Positions 12,627 through 26,004 of a DNA stretch of 64,000 nucleotides are shown here, piece after piece. Below the pieces are notes generated by a model. That model made no database searches, was not told the origin of the DNA, and saw only the letters and a program-made list of their open reading frames with translations. The position numbers and the translations under genes were made by a program. Each line of letters starts with the position of its first letter. The stretch's first letter is position 1. This stretch comes from Octopus vulgaris (lineage: Eukaryota). Where the stretch lies: the NCBI GenBank assembly GCA_951406725.2, contig OX597831.1:28148001-28212000 (forward strand), written 5' to 3'.

Positions 12627-12934
12627 TAAATATTGCTCCAATCCTGATTTCCTTCACATTTATTGAGCCCTTATGATTTACACAAAATTGATTTAACAAA
12701 AATGAAATAACTACAAAATATTTATTCAATTTCAAATTCTATTTGAATATTTGAAGCAGATTCGAGCTCTCTTGTGAAGTCTTATATATATATATTTTTT
12801 ACATTGCAAATTAAATGTTTGGAACTTTCAATGTCCTGTTGCTGCTATGCATTATTGGTTCAGTACCACTATATATATAAACAATATCAAATGTGGTCAT
12901 CCGCCTTGTAATTGTGGATGATGATCTCATGTAA

Positions 12935-13382
12935 TAAAAGATTCTTTTGAATAATTGACTATCAGAAATACATTGTGTCTAGAGGCAGAATATATATATA
13001 TATATATCTTTCTTTTAGTTCTGCCTTGATTATATTCTCTAGCAATAATGCTTTTGGATCTGTAAGTTAATATTGTGCTTTTAAATATAAAATACTTCAA
13101 TCTATAAAACATTTGGACTGTCAGAAACACATTATGTCAAGAGATAGAATATATGTATATTTATTTCAATATCTGGCTTGATTATATTATCTGCCAATAA
13201 TACTTTGGATCTGGACAGTTAATATAGTGCTTTAAGTATAAAATATATCATTTTATAAAACATTGGACCTGGAGATAGAATATATGTATATTTATTTCAA
13301 AAGCTGGTTTGATTTTATTCTCAAGCAGTAATGCCATCGTAATTGCACAGTTAATAATGTTTTTTTTTATACATAAAATATA
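12935..13382. repeat. Diverged tandem repeat, ~140-160 bp x 3
   Basis: Recurring gaga(t/c)agaatatat..ttgattatatt..gcaataat..ttggatctg..agttaata..gtgcttt. Confidence 0.75.
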
Positions 13383-13388
13383 AGATAA

Positions 13389-13776
13389 GCGCAGTAGTGG
13401 CTGTGTGGTAAGTAGCTTGCTTACCAACCACATGGTTCTGGGTTCAGTCCCACTGCGTAGCACCTTGGGCAAGTGTCTTCTACTATAGCCTCGGGCTGAC
13501 CAAAGCCTTGCGAGTGGATTTGGTAGATGGAAACTGCAAGAAGCCCGTCATATATATATATGTATATGTTTGTGTGTCTGTGTTTGTCCTCCCAACATCG
13601 CTTGACAACCGATGCTGGTGTGTTTATGTCCCTGTAACTTAGTGGTTCGGCAAAAGAGACCGATAGAATAAGTGCTAGGCTTACAAAGAATAAGTCCTGG
13701 GATCGATTTCTTCGACTAAAAGACGGTGCTCCAGCATGGCCACAGTCAAATGACTGAAACAAGTAAATGAGTAAAA
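13389..13776 (+). mobile_element. SINE family A, full-length
   Basis: tRNA-like head, internal (TA)n/(TG)n, tail gtcaaatgactgaaacaagtaaa. Confidence 0.9.
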
Positions 13777-14236
13777 TTCTATAAAACATATATTGGACAA
13801 GCAATTTATATTGTTTGATCCTGTATAACAGTAATTCCAGTGGATTGTTTCTTTATAGATGTCGTAAATACGAAATAAAAGACAAAACCCCCCAAAAAAA
13901 TAAACGTGATGCATCATCATGCATGGCAAGAAATTTTGTCTTGCAGTTTTACCAAATTCCTTCTAATGTGTTGTAACGTGGAAGAACAAAATGGTACAAA
14001 ATGAGCATGGACAGTATAAGTTTGTGCATCTAGTGTGGCACTTGGCATCATCATCAGCATTTAATGTCCATGTTTCATGCTGGCATGGACTGACAGGATC
14101 CAGTGGTCTCCAATATCTGCTTTAGTATGGTTTCTTCAGCTTGATGCCCTTCCTAATGCCAACCATTTTACAGCATATACTTGGTACATTTTTCATGTCA
14201 TTAGCACTATTAAGGTTGCCATGCTGCTTTTAGGAC

Positions 14237-14429
14237 ACTCTTTTACTTGTTTCAGTCATTTGACTGTGGCCTTACTGGAGCACCGTCTTTAATCGAGCAA
14301 ATCGACCCCAGGACTTATTCATTGTAAGCCTAGTACTTAGTCTATCATTCTCTTTTGTTGAACCGCTAAGTTACAGGGATGTAAACGCACCAGCATCGGT
14401 TGTCAAGTGATGTTGGGAGGACAAACATG

Positions 14430-14481
<52 letters not shown>

Positions 14482-14648
14482 TGCGACGGGCTTCTTTCAG
14501 TTTCCGTATACCAAATCCACTCACAAGGCTTTGGTCGGCCCGAGGCAATAGTTGAAGACACTTGCCCAAAGTGCCATGTAGTGGGAGTGAACCCAGAACC
14601 ATGTGGTTGGTAAGCAAGCTACTTACCATACAGCCACTCCTACGCCTA
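14237..14648 (-). mobile_element. SINE family A, full-length, inverted relative to the 13389 copy
   Basis: Reverse complement of the same consensus. Confidence 0.9.
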
Positions 14649-15069
14649 TGGACTCCAAGGAAAAGAGTTAGTTTTATGCTGAGGAATTAGGGGTTAAAGT
14701 ATGAAAGGAGGGATGGGGGAAGAGCAATTTCTTGTTGAAGAGCTGAATGGTTACTCTCATTTAATAGGGAAGGGACAGAGTGGTCAATAGCAGCTGTGAA
14801 GAGATTGATAGTAGAGATGAAGTGTCCAGGTGTCCCTCCTCAAGACAGGAAATTAGTAGATGTTGGTATTTGATTTAGAACATTGGACAGCAGTTTGAGT
14901 ATTGGAATAAATGTCTCGCAATATTTATTCCAACTCTGCACTCTGAGTTTAAATCCTACCATGGAGAAACTTTATCTCTCATCCTTTTGGGGTTGATAAA
15001 ATGGCATCAATCTGGGGTGGTGCATTGGCAGAACAGTAAGGATGTCAGATGAGATACCTTGTGATAGTT

Positions 15070-15208
15070 AATACAGTTCTATATTTAAGAGGTGAGGAAT
15101 TATTTACATTATTTACATTTGACGGATATTTGTCCTCATCTTGTTTGTTGTTAACACAACGTTTCGGCTGATATACTCTCCAGCCTTCCGTCAAATGTAA
15201 ATAATGTA
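15070..15208 (-). mobile_element. Short Penelope-like insertion with terminal inversion and 12-bp target-site duplication
   Basis: TSD cttgtgatagtt at 15058-15069 and 15209-15220; inverted repeat 15105-15126 / 15187-15208; minus strand gaa-GGCTG-gagagtatat-CAGCC-GAAA-cg-TT is the 3' part of a hammerhead. Confidence 0.7.
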
Positions 15209-16286
15209 CTTGTGATAGTTGTCCTCTCCCTTTTTCTATTTGAGTTCAAGTTCATCCATGGCCTACTGCAGTGGTTGAGTTTAACCCTTTTGATACCAAC
15301 CTGCTTGAGACTGCCCCTGATTCTGATACAAAGTATACAAGTTAAATTAAAAACTTATTAAAATTTCACATTAATTTATATTTCAGATATTGTTTAATAG
15401 TTCCTAAATTCCATCAATATTTTCAAACTGTCTCTCTCAAGAGAAATATGGTAACAAAAGACGTTCCATCACTTCCTTTAACACCACAACTTGGCACCTT
15501 GGGTATCTTAAGTGGAATCCACTCTGTAAGCATCAGACCTCCAATCTAGATGGTTTCCTTCCTTCCTTCCTTCCTTCCTTCCTCTTAAAGTCTTGGAGGT
15601 CTCGTGAAAGGTCATGGGCACTGCCTTCCCTATAAGATTTTTTAAAATGTCATTAATATGTTAGGTATCAGGTCTTGAGAGTTATATGTAGGGTTTCTCG
15701 TTTTGTCACCCATAAAGGAGCAGTTTGGTGGAATTTACTGTCATGTTGGATCAAAGAATAACGTTCTTAAATGAATGGCATCAAATTGGCAATATGGTTA
15801 GATCTGCAAACAGAATTGTTATGTGATATTTGTACAATAAGTTCTTCCTGTCTGTGTACTGAGTTCAAATTGCACCAAAGTCCGTTTTGGGTTTTGTCTT
15901 TTGAGGGTTAGTAAACAAATGGTTAAATCTTATTCTAGGATGCTAAAATGTGAAAGTAAAATATGAAAGAAATGAAACACACACACACACACACACAAAA
16001 TAACTGTAGTGGGAGAAAAAAATGGAAGTAAAAGACAAGAGTACAACGCTGACTTTTCAGATACTGATAGTCCAAGAACCTCTTAAAATCTGCACTAATT
16101 TACAAGCAGGAACTTCAAATTCCCACAGCTGCTAGTCTACTTTACTGGTGCCTTGTATACAACTATTACTTTGTACAAACTAATACCTTGCAAAGTACAA
16201 TATTAATAAACTTATATAATTTATACTAATGTACAGGTGCCTGTATTTCATTCAATTATTTAATCAAATCTAATATTTGTTTAATG

Positions 16287-16512
16287 CAGGGCAGCAAGTT
16301 GGCAAAATCATTAGAACACTGAGTAAAATGCTTAACGGCATTTTGTGTGTTTATGTTGTGAGTTCAAACTCCACCAGGGTTGATTTTGCCTTTCATCCAT
16401 TTGAGGTTTATAAAATAAGTACCAGTTAATCGCAGGAGGTGGGGGGGGGGGCAGTGTAATCAACTTACTCCCCCTCTCCTGAACTTGTTGCTTTGTACCA
16501 AAATTTAAAACC
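16287..16512 (+). mobile_element. SINE family B variant with 15-bp TSD
   Basis: aatatttgtttaatg at 16272-16286 and 16513-16527 flanks the copy. Confidence 0.8.
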
Positions 16513-17001
16513 AATATTTGTTTAATGTGGATTGTGGTTGATCAAGTTGACCACCCCCAGTTTAGAGAAATTGATAATCCAGAAAGTCTTTGGAACCAAA
16601 GGGTTTAGAAAACTGATGCTGTACCTGTATTTCATTAATGCACTGATTCCTAAAATAAGGTTTAACCTGTGGAGTCTACCAGATGCTCTTTTAATCTTAC
16701 CTGTCGTCCAGCATTGTTGTTGGGTCTTCTCTTTGCCCCTCCCTCTCTGGTTTGTACCTGTTGTTAATTCCAAGTTCCAGCTTTGTCACATTGTGTCATG
16801 CTGATTCAACTTGGAAATTATGCTAAGAGTACACATGTCTGTGGAATACTCAGCCACATTCAAGTTAATTTTTTAAGTAAGGATTCAGTCTGTCCAACAA
16901 CTGGCTACCCATTGCCAAGAGTGACAGAGTATCCGTCATTGTGTAACCCCTTAGCAATCAGAATGTCAACTGTAATGTTTATTTATTCACATTGTTTTTA
17001 C

Positions 17002-17606
17002 TAACCATTTAGCATTTAAACTAGACATATCTGGTCCAAATATTCTATCTGTTTTATGTCCAAACTGGCCAGATTTGACCGCTTATACTTACCCAGGTTG
17101 GAACTTGGCTATAATAATGGTTTTAAATTTTGGCACAAGGCCAGCAACTTTGGAGGAGGAGTAGGTTGATTATATCAATCCCAGTGCATGACTGGTACTT
17201 ATTTTATTGACTCTGAAAGGATAAAAGGCAAAGTCGACCTCGGCAGAGTTTGAATGTCAAGACCAACAAAATGCTGCTAAGCATTTTATCTGGCATACTA
17301 GCAATTTTGCCAGCTCGCTACCCTACAATATCATTCTGAAAAATAAACAATTGCATCATCGTCTTCTCAAATCTCTTAAGATAATGCTTGATTACTTCGA
17401 AACAATGGAATAGATAAGTATAACATTTGGCAAAATAATCTTAATGCTAACTCGTTATGCATAATTTGTAGCTTCAAGATCTTGATGATGCGATTGTTTA
17501 TTTTTAGAATGATCTCATAGGATAGATGCAAGCATCTGGATCTTGCTAGCTAGAACATAAAACAGGTTGAGTATTTGGAGTAGATATGGCCAGTTTAAAT
17601 GCTAAA
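17002..17606. mobile_element. MITE with ~70-bp imperfect TIRs, interrupted by a family-B SINE (~17120-17322, -)
   Basis: tttagcatttaaactagacatatct..ccaaatattc..ctgttttatgt versus acataaaacaggttgagtatttgga..agatatggccagtttaaatgctaaa; a related end lies at ~33550-33695. Confidence 0.65.
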
Positions 17607-17834
17607 TTTAAGTTTAAATCTATTTTATGTAATTACATATTATATACTTAAAAAAACATTTGAAACGTTTTTCTTTTATAAAATTAAATGAAGTTCATGT
17701 TTGGATTGAAAACAAATTGGACAGTGTCCCTTATAGGAATCATGCCTCATGTCTGCTCTGCTTATTGTGGTCATTCTGTGATCACATGGTTTCATTTGCA
17801 TAGGGTCTTCTCACTAAAGGTTACTTTTATCTGA

Positions 17835-18050
17835 TATCACATGGCTCAGTGGTTAGAGCATTGGACTTACAATCATGAGGTAGTGAGTTTGATTCCGGGA
17901 CCAGGCTGTGTGTTGTGTTCTTAAGCAAGACACTTTGTTCCATGTTTGTCTTCCGTAAACAATCTTGCCCAGACTTGTCCCTCAGAGGGGAACTTTCTAG
18001 GTGCAATTCCATGGTCATTCATAACTGAAGGGGGTCTTTACCCTTTACTC
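17835..18050 (+). mobile_element. tRNA-derived SINE (third family)
   Basis: tggctcagtggttagagcattggacttacaatcatgaggtagtgagtttgattcc: A/B boxes followed by a non-tRNA body. Confidence 0.7.
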
Positions 18051-18914
18051 TGTATGCCCTCTCTCTCTTTTGGAGAGGCACAAGCACCTACATGCACATA
18101 TACACACACGGCAGTAACTTCCGCCTGCCGAATTCAATCACAAAGCTTCGGTCGGCTCGGGGCTATAGCGGAAGACACCTACCCAAAGTGCCACGCAGTG
18201 GGACTGAACCCGAAACCATATAGCTAGGAAGCAAGCTCCCTAACCACACAGCCATAAATCCATTTAATCTTAAACAGCAAAACAAAAACTTCTATTTTAT
18301 TTTAGGGTCCTTAAAATAAAACAAACCAAGGACAAACTATGAATAATAATTAAAGAATTTCTATCCTAAACTCTAAAAGAATTTTTCTAGTGGAATCCCA
18401 GAATTACCGTTTGGAATTTTGAAATTCCTTTCCTGTTAAGGGATGGGAGAAAATTTCCCCAGGTTCATTAAAAATTATGGCCCTAGATACAGTGTGATTG
18501 AGGTGCATGTGTAGATAAGTGGGTGGATGGGTGGGGTTAAATCTGATGGTTGCAGCTGAAGAATGTCTTTAATCATAGGTCAAAGTTGATGTGGGTTGAC
18601 ATGGGAACTAAACAACAAAAAGGTTCGACTTAAAACTTCCATTTAGGTTTGTGAAAGTAGGAATATAAAATAAATCTTTTGTTGCAGTAAAACCATATGA
18701 ACTTCCATACTTAACAAGGTGCGTGCGTGCGTGCGTGTGTGTGTGTGTGTGTGATTGTGTGTGTGTGTGTGTGTGATTGTGTGTCTGCATGTGTGTGTGT
18801 ATATATATCTGTATATATATATATATGTGTGTGTGTGTGTGATTGTGTGTGTCTGCATGTGTGTGTGTATATATCTGTATATATATATATATGTGTGTGT
18901 GTGTATTTCAAAAT

Positions 18915-19112
18915 GTAACTACATGTGGATCGTTGGCAATTTTTCCCCTCCGTCTTCCTTTTCTCTTGGACTTTCCTCTGTCTCCTGTTCCTGATGAAGA
19001 GCTTTCTTTGCTTCTTTGAGTGCCTTATTAATAATTTGCATGTACCATATCCTCACGATGTTGTTTTTTTCTTGTAGTGTTTTATCTTTGTTTTTTTTTT
19101 GGATTAATTATA
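18915..19112 (+). mobile_element. Penelope-like pLTR fragment within microsatellite, with 5' half of a hammerhead core
   Basis: cCTGATGAagag at ~18990; pyrimidine-rich upstream tract like the 11845 fragment; GAAA half missing. Confidence 0.35.
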
Positions 19113-19430
19113 GATGTGTGTGTGTGTACATATGTATATGTATATTTGCATATGTGTGTGTGTGTATGGATATATATACATATATATATATATACACACA
19201 CACACACACTTTACAAACATTATGTGTAAAAACATATATATATATACACACGTGTAGTCCTTTTACCAATTATATACTTTTTATTTATTATTTTGTACAT
19301 TACTTAATTATTGGTATATGATTTTATCTTATATTTAATTTTTTTCTATATGGTATAATTTAATTATATCATTGTTATTTCATTGTTGAATTGATAAAAG
19401 GTGGTTTTTCTCTAATTTATATACATACAT

Positions 19431-19840
19431 AGGCATAGGAGTGGCTGTGTAGTAAGTAGCTTGCTTACCTACCACATGATTCCGGGTTCAGTCCCACTGC
19501 GTGACACCTTCGGCAAGTGTCTTCTATTATAGCCTCGGGCCGACCAAAGCCTTGTGAGTGGATTTGGTAGACAGAAACTGAAAGAAGCCTGTCGTATGTA
19601 TGTATATATATATGTATGCGTGTGTATATGTTTGTGTGTCTGTGTTTGTCCCCTCAACATCGCTTGACAACCGATGCTGGTTTGTTTACGTCCCCGTAAC
19701 TTAGCGATTCGGCAAAAGAGACTGATAGAATAAGTGCTAGGCTTACAAAGAATAAGTCCTGGGGTCGATTTGCTCGACTAAAGGTGGTGCTCCAGCATGG
19801 CCACAGTCACATGACTGAAACAAGTAAAAGAGAGTAAAAG
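19431..19840 (+). mobile_element. SINE family A, full-length
   Basis: Close match to the other full copies. Confidence 0.9.
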
Positions 19841-20879
19841 ATATATATATATATATATATATATGCATGTGTGTATATATGTGTGTGTGTAGATACATAT
19901 GTATATGTATAATTGTGATTATGTATACACATGTATGTGTGTGTGTGTGTGTGTACTTTGAAGGAAGTCCATGTTGTTCCCAGCATATTTTGAAACACTA
20001 CGAATGAAACATCAGAACTACTTGTTCTACTTTAATGTAAAAGCCTGCTGAAAATTAGTTTCATTTTATAAAAAGCACATTCTATCTCGCCTGTACATAG
20101 GACTTCCCGCTTTTCAATTTCCATTAATATTAAAAAGTTGACTCAACCTCAAGTTAAACACCGCTCCACCCACATTATATCTCACCTAATTACCAGGAAA
20201 TCATTACTGCTTTCACTTTTTGCAAGCCTGTTCTGCTTGAATCTCCGGTATTGGCAAGTTAGTCTTCTCTTCATTTAAATCTCTCTAATTATTCGTCTAA
20301 TTATTAATGTCCACGCCGAAAGACATGAATGAAACACAATTTTCATTTCGCTTCCTCTATAAAATGTGTAGCCATGTCCATGACCAAGTAAAAACATGAT
20401 TTTTTTCCCCTTCTTTTTATTGAAATAATGGCGTTACGCAGCGAGATACAAGGCCAGGCCAGAAATGTCATGGGTGGTGAGGGAGGTTGGCTATAGAAGT
20501 GAAGCTTTAGAAACTTGTGCTTACTACTGTAGCATGAAGTACGCCTGTATGATATAGTTCTAGGTTAGGAGTGCTCTAGTAGACCTAGGGATATGTCCAT
20601 GCTTATCACCATCATTCAGCTGTGTAACTTTTCCTGGACCATTGTAATTCATTTACACCCAGTATCCTGATTAAGTGATCAGGTACAGATGTGAAATATC
20701 TCATCTGTGCATGCCACAGCTACAGATGATAGTTGTAGTTCTCTAACTGAACTGGTTGATCCTGGCTTTTGACAGTTTATTGTATGTTCATCTACTTAAC
20801 ATCTCATGATATTTGTCATCGGCTCAGTTAGATTAATTTGCCAGAATAGCTCACATCCCTCATCTAGCAGAACTATGGC

Positions 20880-21298
20880 TAAAGGTAGTGAACTGGTAGA
20901 AGCGTTAACACGCGGGCGAAATGCTTAGTGGTATTTCGTCTGCCGTTACGTTCTGAGTTCAAATTCCGCCGAGGTCAACTTTGCCTTTCATCCTTTCGGA
21001 GGTCGATTAAATAAGTACCAGTTTCGCACTGAGATCGATATAATCGACTTAATCCATTTGTCTGTCCTTGTTAGTCCCCTCTGTGTTTAGCCCTTTGTGG
21101 GTAGTAAAGAAATAGGTATTTCGTCTGCCGTTACGTTCTGAGTTCAAATTCTGCTGAGGTCGGCTTTGCCTTTCATCTTTTCGGGGTCGATAAATTAAGT
21201 ACCAGTTACACACTGGGGTCGATGTAATCAACTTAATCCTTTGTCTGTTCTTGTTTGTCCCCTCTATGTTTAGCCCTTTGTGGGCAATAAAGGAATAA
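20880..21298 (+). mobile_element. SINE family B with duplicated 3' ~185 bp (partial dimer)
   Basis: gtatttcgtctgccgttacgttctgagttcaaatt starts at ~20931 and again at ~21116. Confidence 0.85.
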
Positions 21299-21624
21299 AA
21301 ACTATGGCTAAAGGTGTTCTAGCATGGCATGTGATTTGAGGGAGATTTAGTCACTGTTTCTGGTAAGTTTCACTAGCTCAAAAGTTTTTGATATTGTATA
21401 AACTACCAAATTAAGTTCAAATTATAAACAAATCTCTGTTTTTGAAATAAATAATTTTTTTGTGAGTATTATTTAGAAATATTCTTATACTTTGGTTGGG
21501 TCATTCTGCCAATGCACACATACACATGCAAATACACATACAATGGCTGTAGTTCACTGGCTCAAAGTGAAGACAGTTCAATCACCAGTCTCCCCCAAAA
21601 CTTCCACAATTCATAAAAATATAT

Positions 21625-21672
21625 TCTCCTCCTCTTCTTCTTCTTCTTCTTCTTCTTCTTCTTCTTCTTCTT

Positions 21673-21703
<31 letters not shown>

Positions 21704-21728
21704 TTATTATTATTATTATTATTATCAT
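21625..21728. repeat. (TTC)n followed by (TTA)n microsatellite
   Basis: Directly visible. Confidence 0.95.
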
Positions 21729-23059
21729 AAGTACCAGTACCGTATTGGGATCAATGTTATTGATTAACCCTCTACCTTCAAAGTTTCAGGCCTTGTGCCT
21801 ATAGTAGAAAATATTATCTTTATTGTTGTTATTATTATTATTAATGGATTATGCTGAGATCAACTTTGCCTTTCATCATTGTTGTCACCATCATTGTCAT
21901 CGTTGTTTTCACCATCTTTGTTGTCATCATCAAATATAATCATTATCATAACATCATTGTTGACATCATTCATCATCATCATCATCAATAACATTGTCAT
22001 TTTTGTCATCATCATCATGGTTGTTGTCATCACCATCCTCATCTTCATCATCGTCATCATCATCACCACCATTGCTGTATGTTAACTCTCCATGTTGGCA
22101 TCGATTGGATCAGTCACCACAGCCCAGCTCAGTTCTTATTCAGACTTGGAGACTCCCTTGTTGGGCCTCATCTTACTCTCTTGCACTCCACAATGCATTG
22201 CTGAAACCACCTTGCCCTCCATTGAACCATGGAGGTTTCTTCCACACACAGAGTCCACCAAATCCAATCTTCACATGCATATGTAGACAAACCCTAATAT
22301 GCAAATAGACCCATAGCTGGGTCCCTGACAGGTACTACTACACCAGGTCAGAGCAAACCTGGAAACAATACCGGCTAAGTGGTGTTTCCACAATCCCCCA
22401 AACCCTACAGTTCCCAAACTAGTGCCCCACTAGTGGATGCAATTTAAGATCATACTCTAGACACCCTTACAGAAGTCTGCATCTCAGCTTTCCTTTGTTA
22501 ACACTTTTCCATTGTCTTTTCTCATCCTTTCTCACCTTCCAGGGTGTAACTTATTGATTCTCCTGCTATAGACTTAGTTGCATTGTTCTGTTGTTAGTGC
22601 ATCAATACTGGCTTACATCGCCAGGCATACAATGCAGGATATGGCTTGGATAATACTGCAGTCGTGCTCCAACGATGCATAACATTCACTCTGATGACAG
22701 TCGTCCGTGTCACCCACTGGCTCTGACGTCTAATATGTATTAATATATTTCATAGACAAAAGTATTGATTAAATATCATTTAGCTAGATTATTCTTATTT
22801 ATATTTTATGTATCCTAGATTAAGACACACAACATAAAAAATAATTTAATTGTATCATTATGTATAAATTTTATATAACCTAATATAACACACATACATA
22901 CATACATATATATATAATGTATATCACATTTATAGTACATATTTTATTTATAGCATATAATTTCATAACATACAGACTCTCTCTCTCACACACACACATA
23001 TATAATTCATTTAAAGACATAACACACACATTTTGTGTGTATGCACACATGTATAATTC

Positions 23060-23102
<43 letters not shown>

Positions 23103-24598
23103 CACACACACACACTCACCAAACACACACACATCAAGTTCTTTCTTTATATAACATTTTAATCATGTATATTTACAATATACATAAATCTGACATGTTT
23201 TATTATACATACAAATTAATTTTTTCATGACATAATATTTTATTATTAATATAGAAATTTATAATATTTTTTGATGTGTATTTATAATATATATAGCATT
23301 TATATTACATATATAGATATACAAACATTTGTTTTCATCTATTTTATATTTAGCTTAAAAAAGTCATTACTTTTAATGTGGATATGGCAGTGCTTGTAAT
23401 GTGAGGTCAGTGTGGATGATGTAGTGGTGGCGTTTTGGTGGCAATGGTACAAGAAAGTGAACTAGAATGTAAAAGAGTCTGTGAGTTTTATGAGTTGAGT
23501 TTTAGCCTCCACCCAACTCAGAATATATCTGGAAGTGATGGAATAGCGATTAAATTTGCTAGTCAAGAAAAGATGTTGTGAGCTTTGGTCTTTGAGATTT
23601 GTTTGGACTTTACACAATATAACACAAATGACATGAGTGGCAATACATGTGTTGCAAACTTAGTCAACCCATGGCAAAATTAGAAAGGTGATGTCTAAAA
23701 TATTAATGATGAGAATTCATGTTTTATAAATATAATTCGTGTATCTACACGTGTTTAATGAGTACAAATGTAAGACCGGAACACTCAATACATTCATGTA
23801 AAGTTATATTTATAAGTAAACACTCCGAGATTCACTGTAACTCTGAGTATTGTTGATACAAACTTTTCTTTATCCCAGCAGGTTAATGTCATTGTAGACT
23901 TCGTTTATCTGAAAAGTTCCATATACTGAAACAGTCTGAAGCTGTCCTCAAAGACAAGGAGTGCTAACATGTGTCTGTTATAAATAATACAGTGTATATT
24001 GTATATTATAATCATTATGCTAGTTACCTATATTCGTGTAAATGTCATATTCAACACGTTCGAATGCACTCGGACGTGAGAAGACCTTCCACTGCGGAGA
24101 TACACCTGGGAGCAAATTCTCTTCTTAGACACGCGTCAAAACATTACACCTGCTGTGACTGACCTCATTACATTGTAGAACGCATGCATTCCTGTGTCGT
24201 TTCATTTCATTTTATACGAACATCAAATTAGCCACTCACAACCCGAAGAGAATTTTCTTGTGTGACTATTCTTCAAAGCGGATGGTCTTCTTGTGTCCAA
24301 ATGCACTCGAACATATTGAACTATGACTTAACATGAATATATTTCATTCAACGCTGCTTCGGGCAAACATTATTTAATTATAATATATATATGTTGACTT
24401 TCAGAGCATAAAAATGAATATAGTACGTATAACCCTATAAATATTTTACGCTATTATATTACAGCTTCATAGAAAAATAAGTAAATAAATAAACTGAAAA
24501 AAAAAAACTTACTTAAAAACTAAAGAAAGAAAAGCGAAAAAATATATTTCGTGCATTATTTGTATGTCTGACTTGTTGCTATTAGCAATTATGCTTCA

Positions 24599-24630
<32 letters not shown>

Positions 24631-26004
24631 CGTTTTGCTCATTGTCCGGTATGATTGATGTATATACGGATCCGTATATACTACTGTTACTGTTTCTACT
24701 ACTACTACTACTACTACTATTATTATTATTATTAGTAGTAGTAGTAGTATTAGTAGTAGTAGTAGTAGTAGTAGTAGTAATATTAGTAGTAGTAGTAGTA
24801 TTAGTAGTAGTATTATTATTAGTAGTAGTAGTAATATTAGTAGTAGTAGTAGTAGTAGTAGCAGTTGTGAGCAATTATATACACCGCAATACCTTCTCCC
24901 CTTACCCTACTTTATAAAATGTATACGCTTGACATACACCCTCTTTAAATATATGACTCTGTGTGTGTGTGTACGTATACCTTACTCAATGTCTCTTTGT
25001 GTGTACGTCTGCACCTTGCAACTCTCATATTTTCTTTGTTTTTTCTTTTTCTCCTCTCCATCGAACACACATGTATATTCACATCTAGAAACGTACACCA
25101 CCACCACTACCATCACCACAACAAAATCCCTTTCTACTCTGAAATTCCTCACCTCTTCTGTTTTACCTTCGACTTTTACTCAGGGTCTGCCGTCCTTTTC
25201 GTTTTTTTTTTAACGTATTTAATCCCCATCGCCTACACCACTATTGTCTACACCACCACCACCACTACCATTACGCCACCACCACCACCGTTCCCATTTA
25301 CTACAATACTTTGTCCCCTTACCTTATCTATTTCCCCTGCCTTGCCTCTTTTTCCTCCACCACCACCACCACCTTCCACTAGCTTTACTCTACAGGTCTT
25401 GTACTCTCTCTCCTCCTTCTTCTACTCAGCCTTAAAGTGGCTAACACACACACACACAGACAAAGGAGTAGGGGAGGAGTTCTCCTTCAAGATTTTACAA
25501 AACTGATATTATTATTACAACACATACTTATAAACATACACATAGTTTTATCTATCTATCTATCTATCTATCTATCTGTCTGTCTGTCAAGCTATCTGTC
25601 TGTCTGTCAAGCTATCTGTCTGTCTGTCTATACTACAACAATATCTATTTCAACACACGGCTTCAACATCAAGAACCTTGCAAAACAAATACAACACACA
25701 CACACACACACACACAAAACTGAAGTGTTCATAGTTTATGAACGTAATATTTTTCCTTTTTCTTAAAACTGATCCTAACAAATTCAACCCAGTTTGACGT
25801 TTTAATAGCATTTTTACATTTCCTATACCGTATTGGATACGTTTAATACATGTATGTGAGTGTGTTGGAGTAAAGTTAATGCTGTGTACGTGAAATTTAA
25901 GTTTGTAGTGGACGTAGACCGTCCTAGTTACCTGGGAGAGAGTGTACGAGTACGTGTATATTGTGTGTGAAGCTATGTTCATGCTGGAGCTGTACTTACT
26001 ATGC

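Noticed and set aside
13421-13804. Recurrent ORFs such as FQSFDCGHAGAP.. and VSVYQIHSQGFGRPEAIVEDTCP..
   Set aside because: Chance frames of SINE family A, repeated because the SINE is repeated; not a gene family
22542-22575. Strong + strand acceptor (ttctcaccttccag) as exon 2 of the WHD gene
   Set aside because: All three frames reach a stop within 10 codons and there is no WHD-like continuation
22690-22728. CTGATGA followed by CTGA as a hammerhead or C/D-box snoRNA
   Set aside because: No GAAA or stems for a hammerhead; box spacing too short and no terminal stem for a snoRNA
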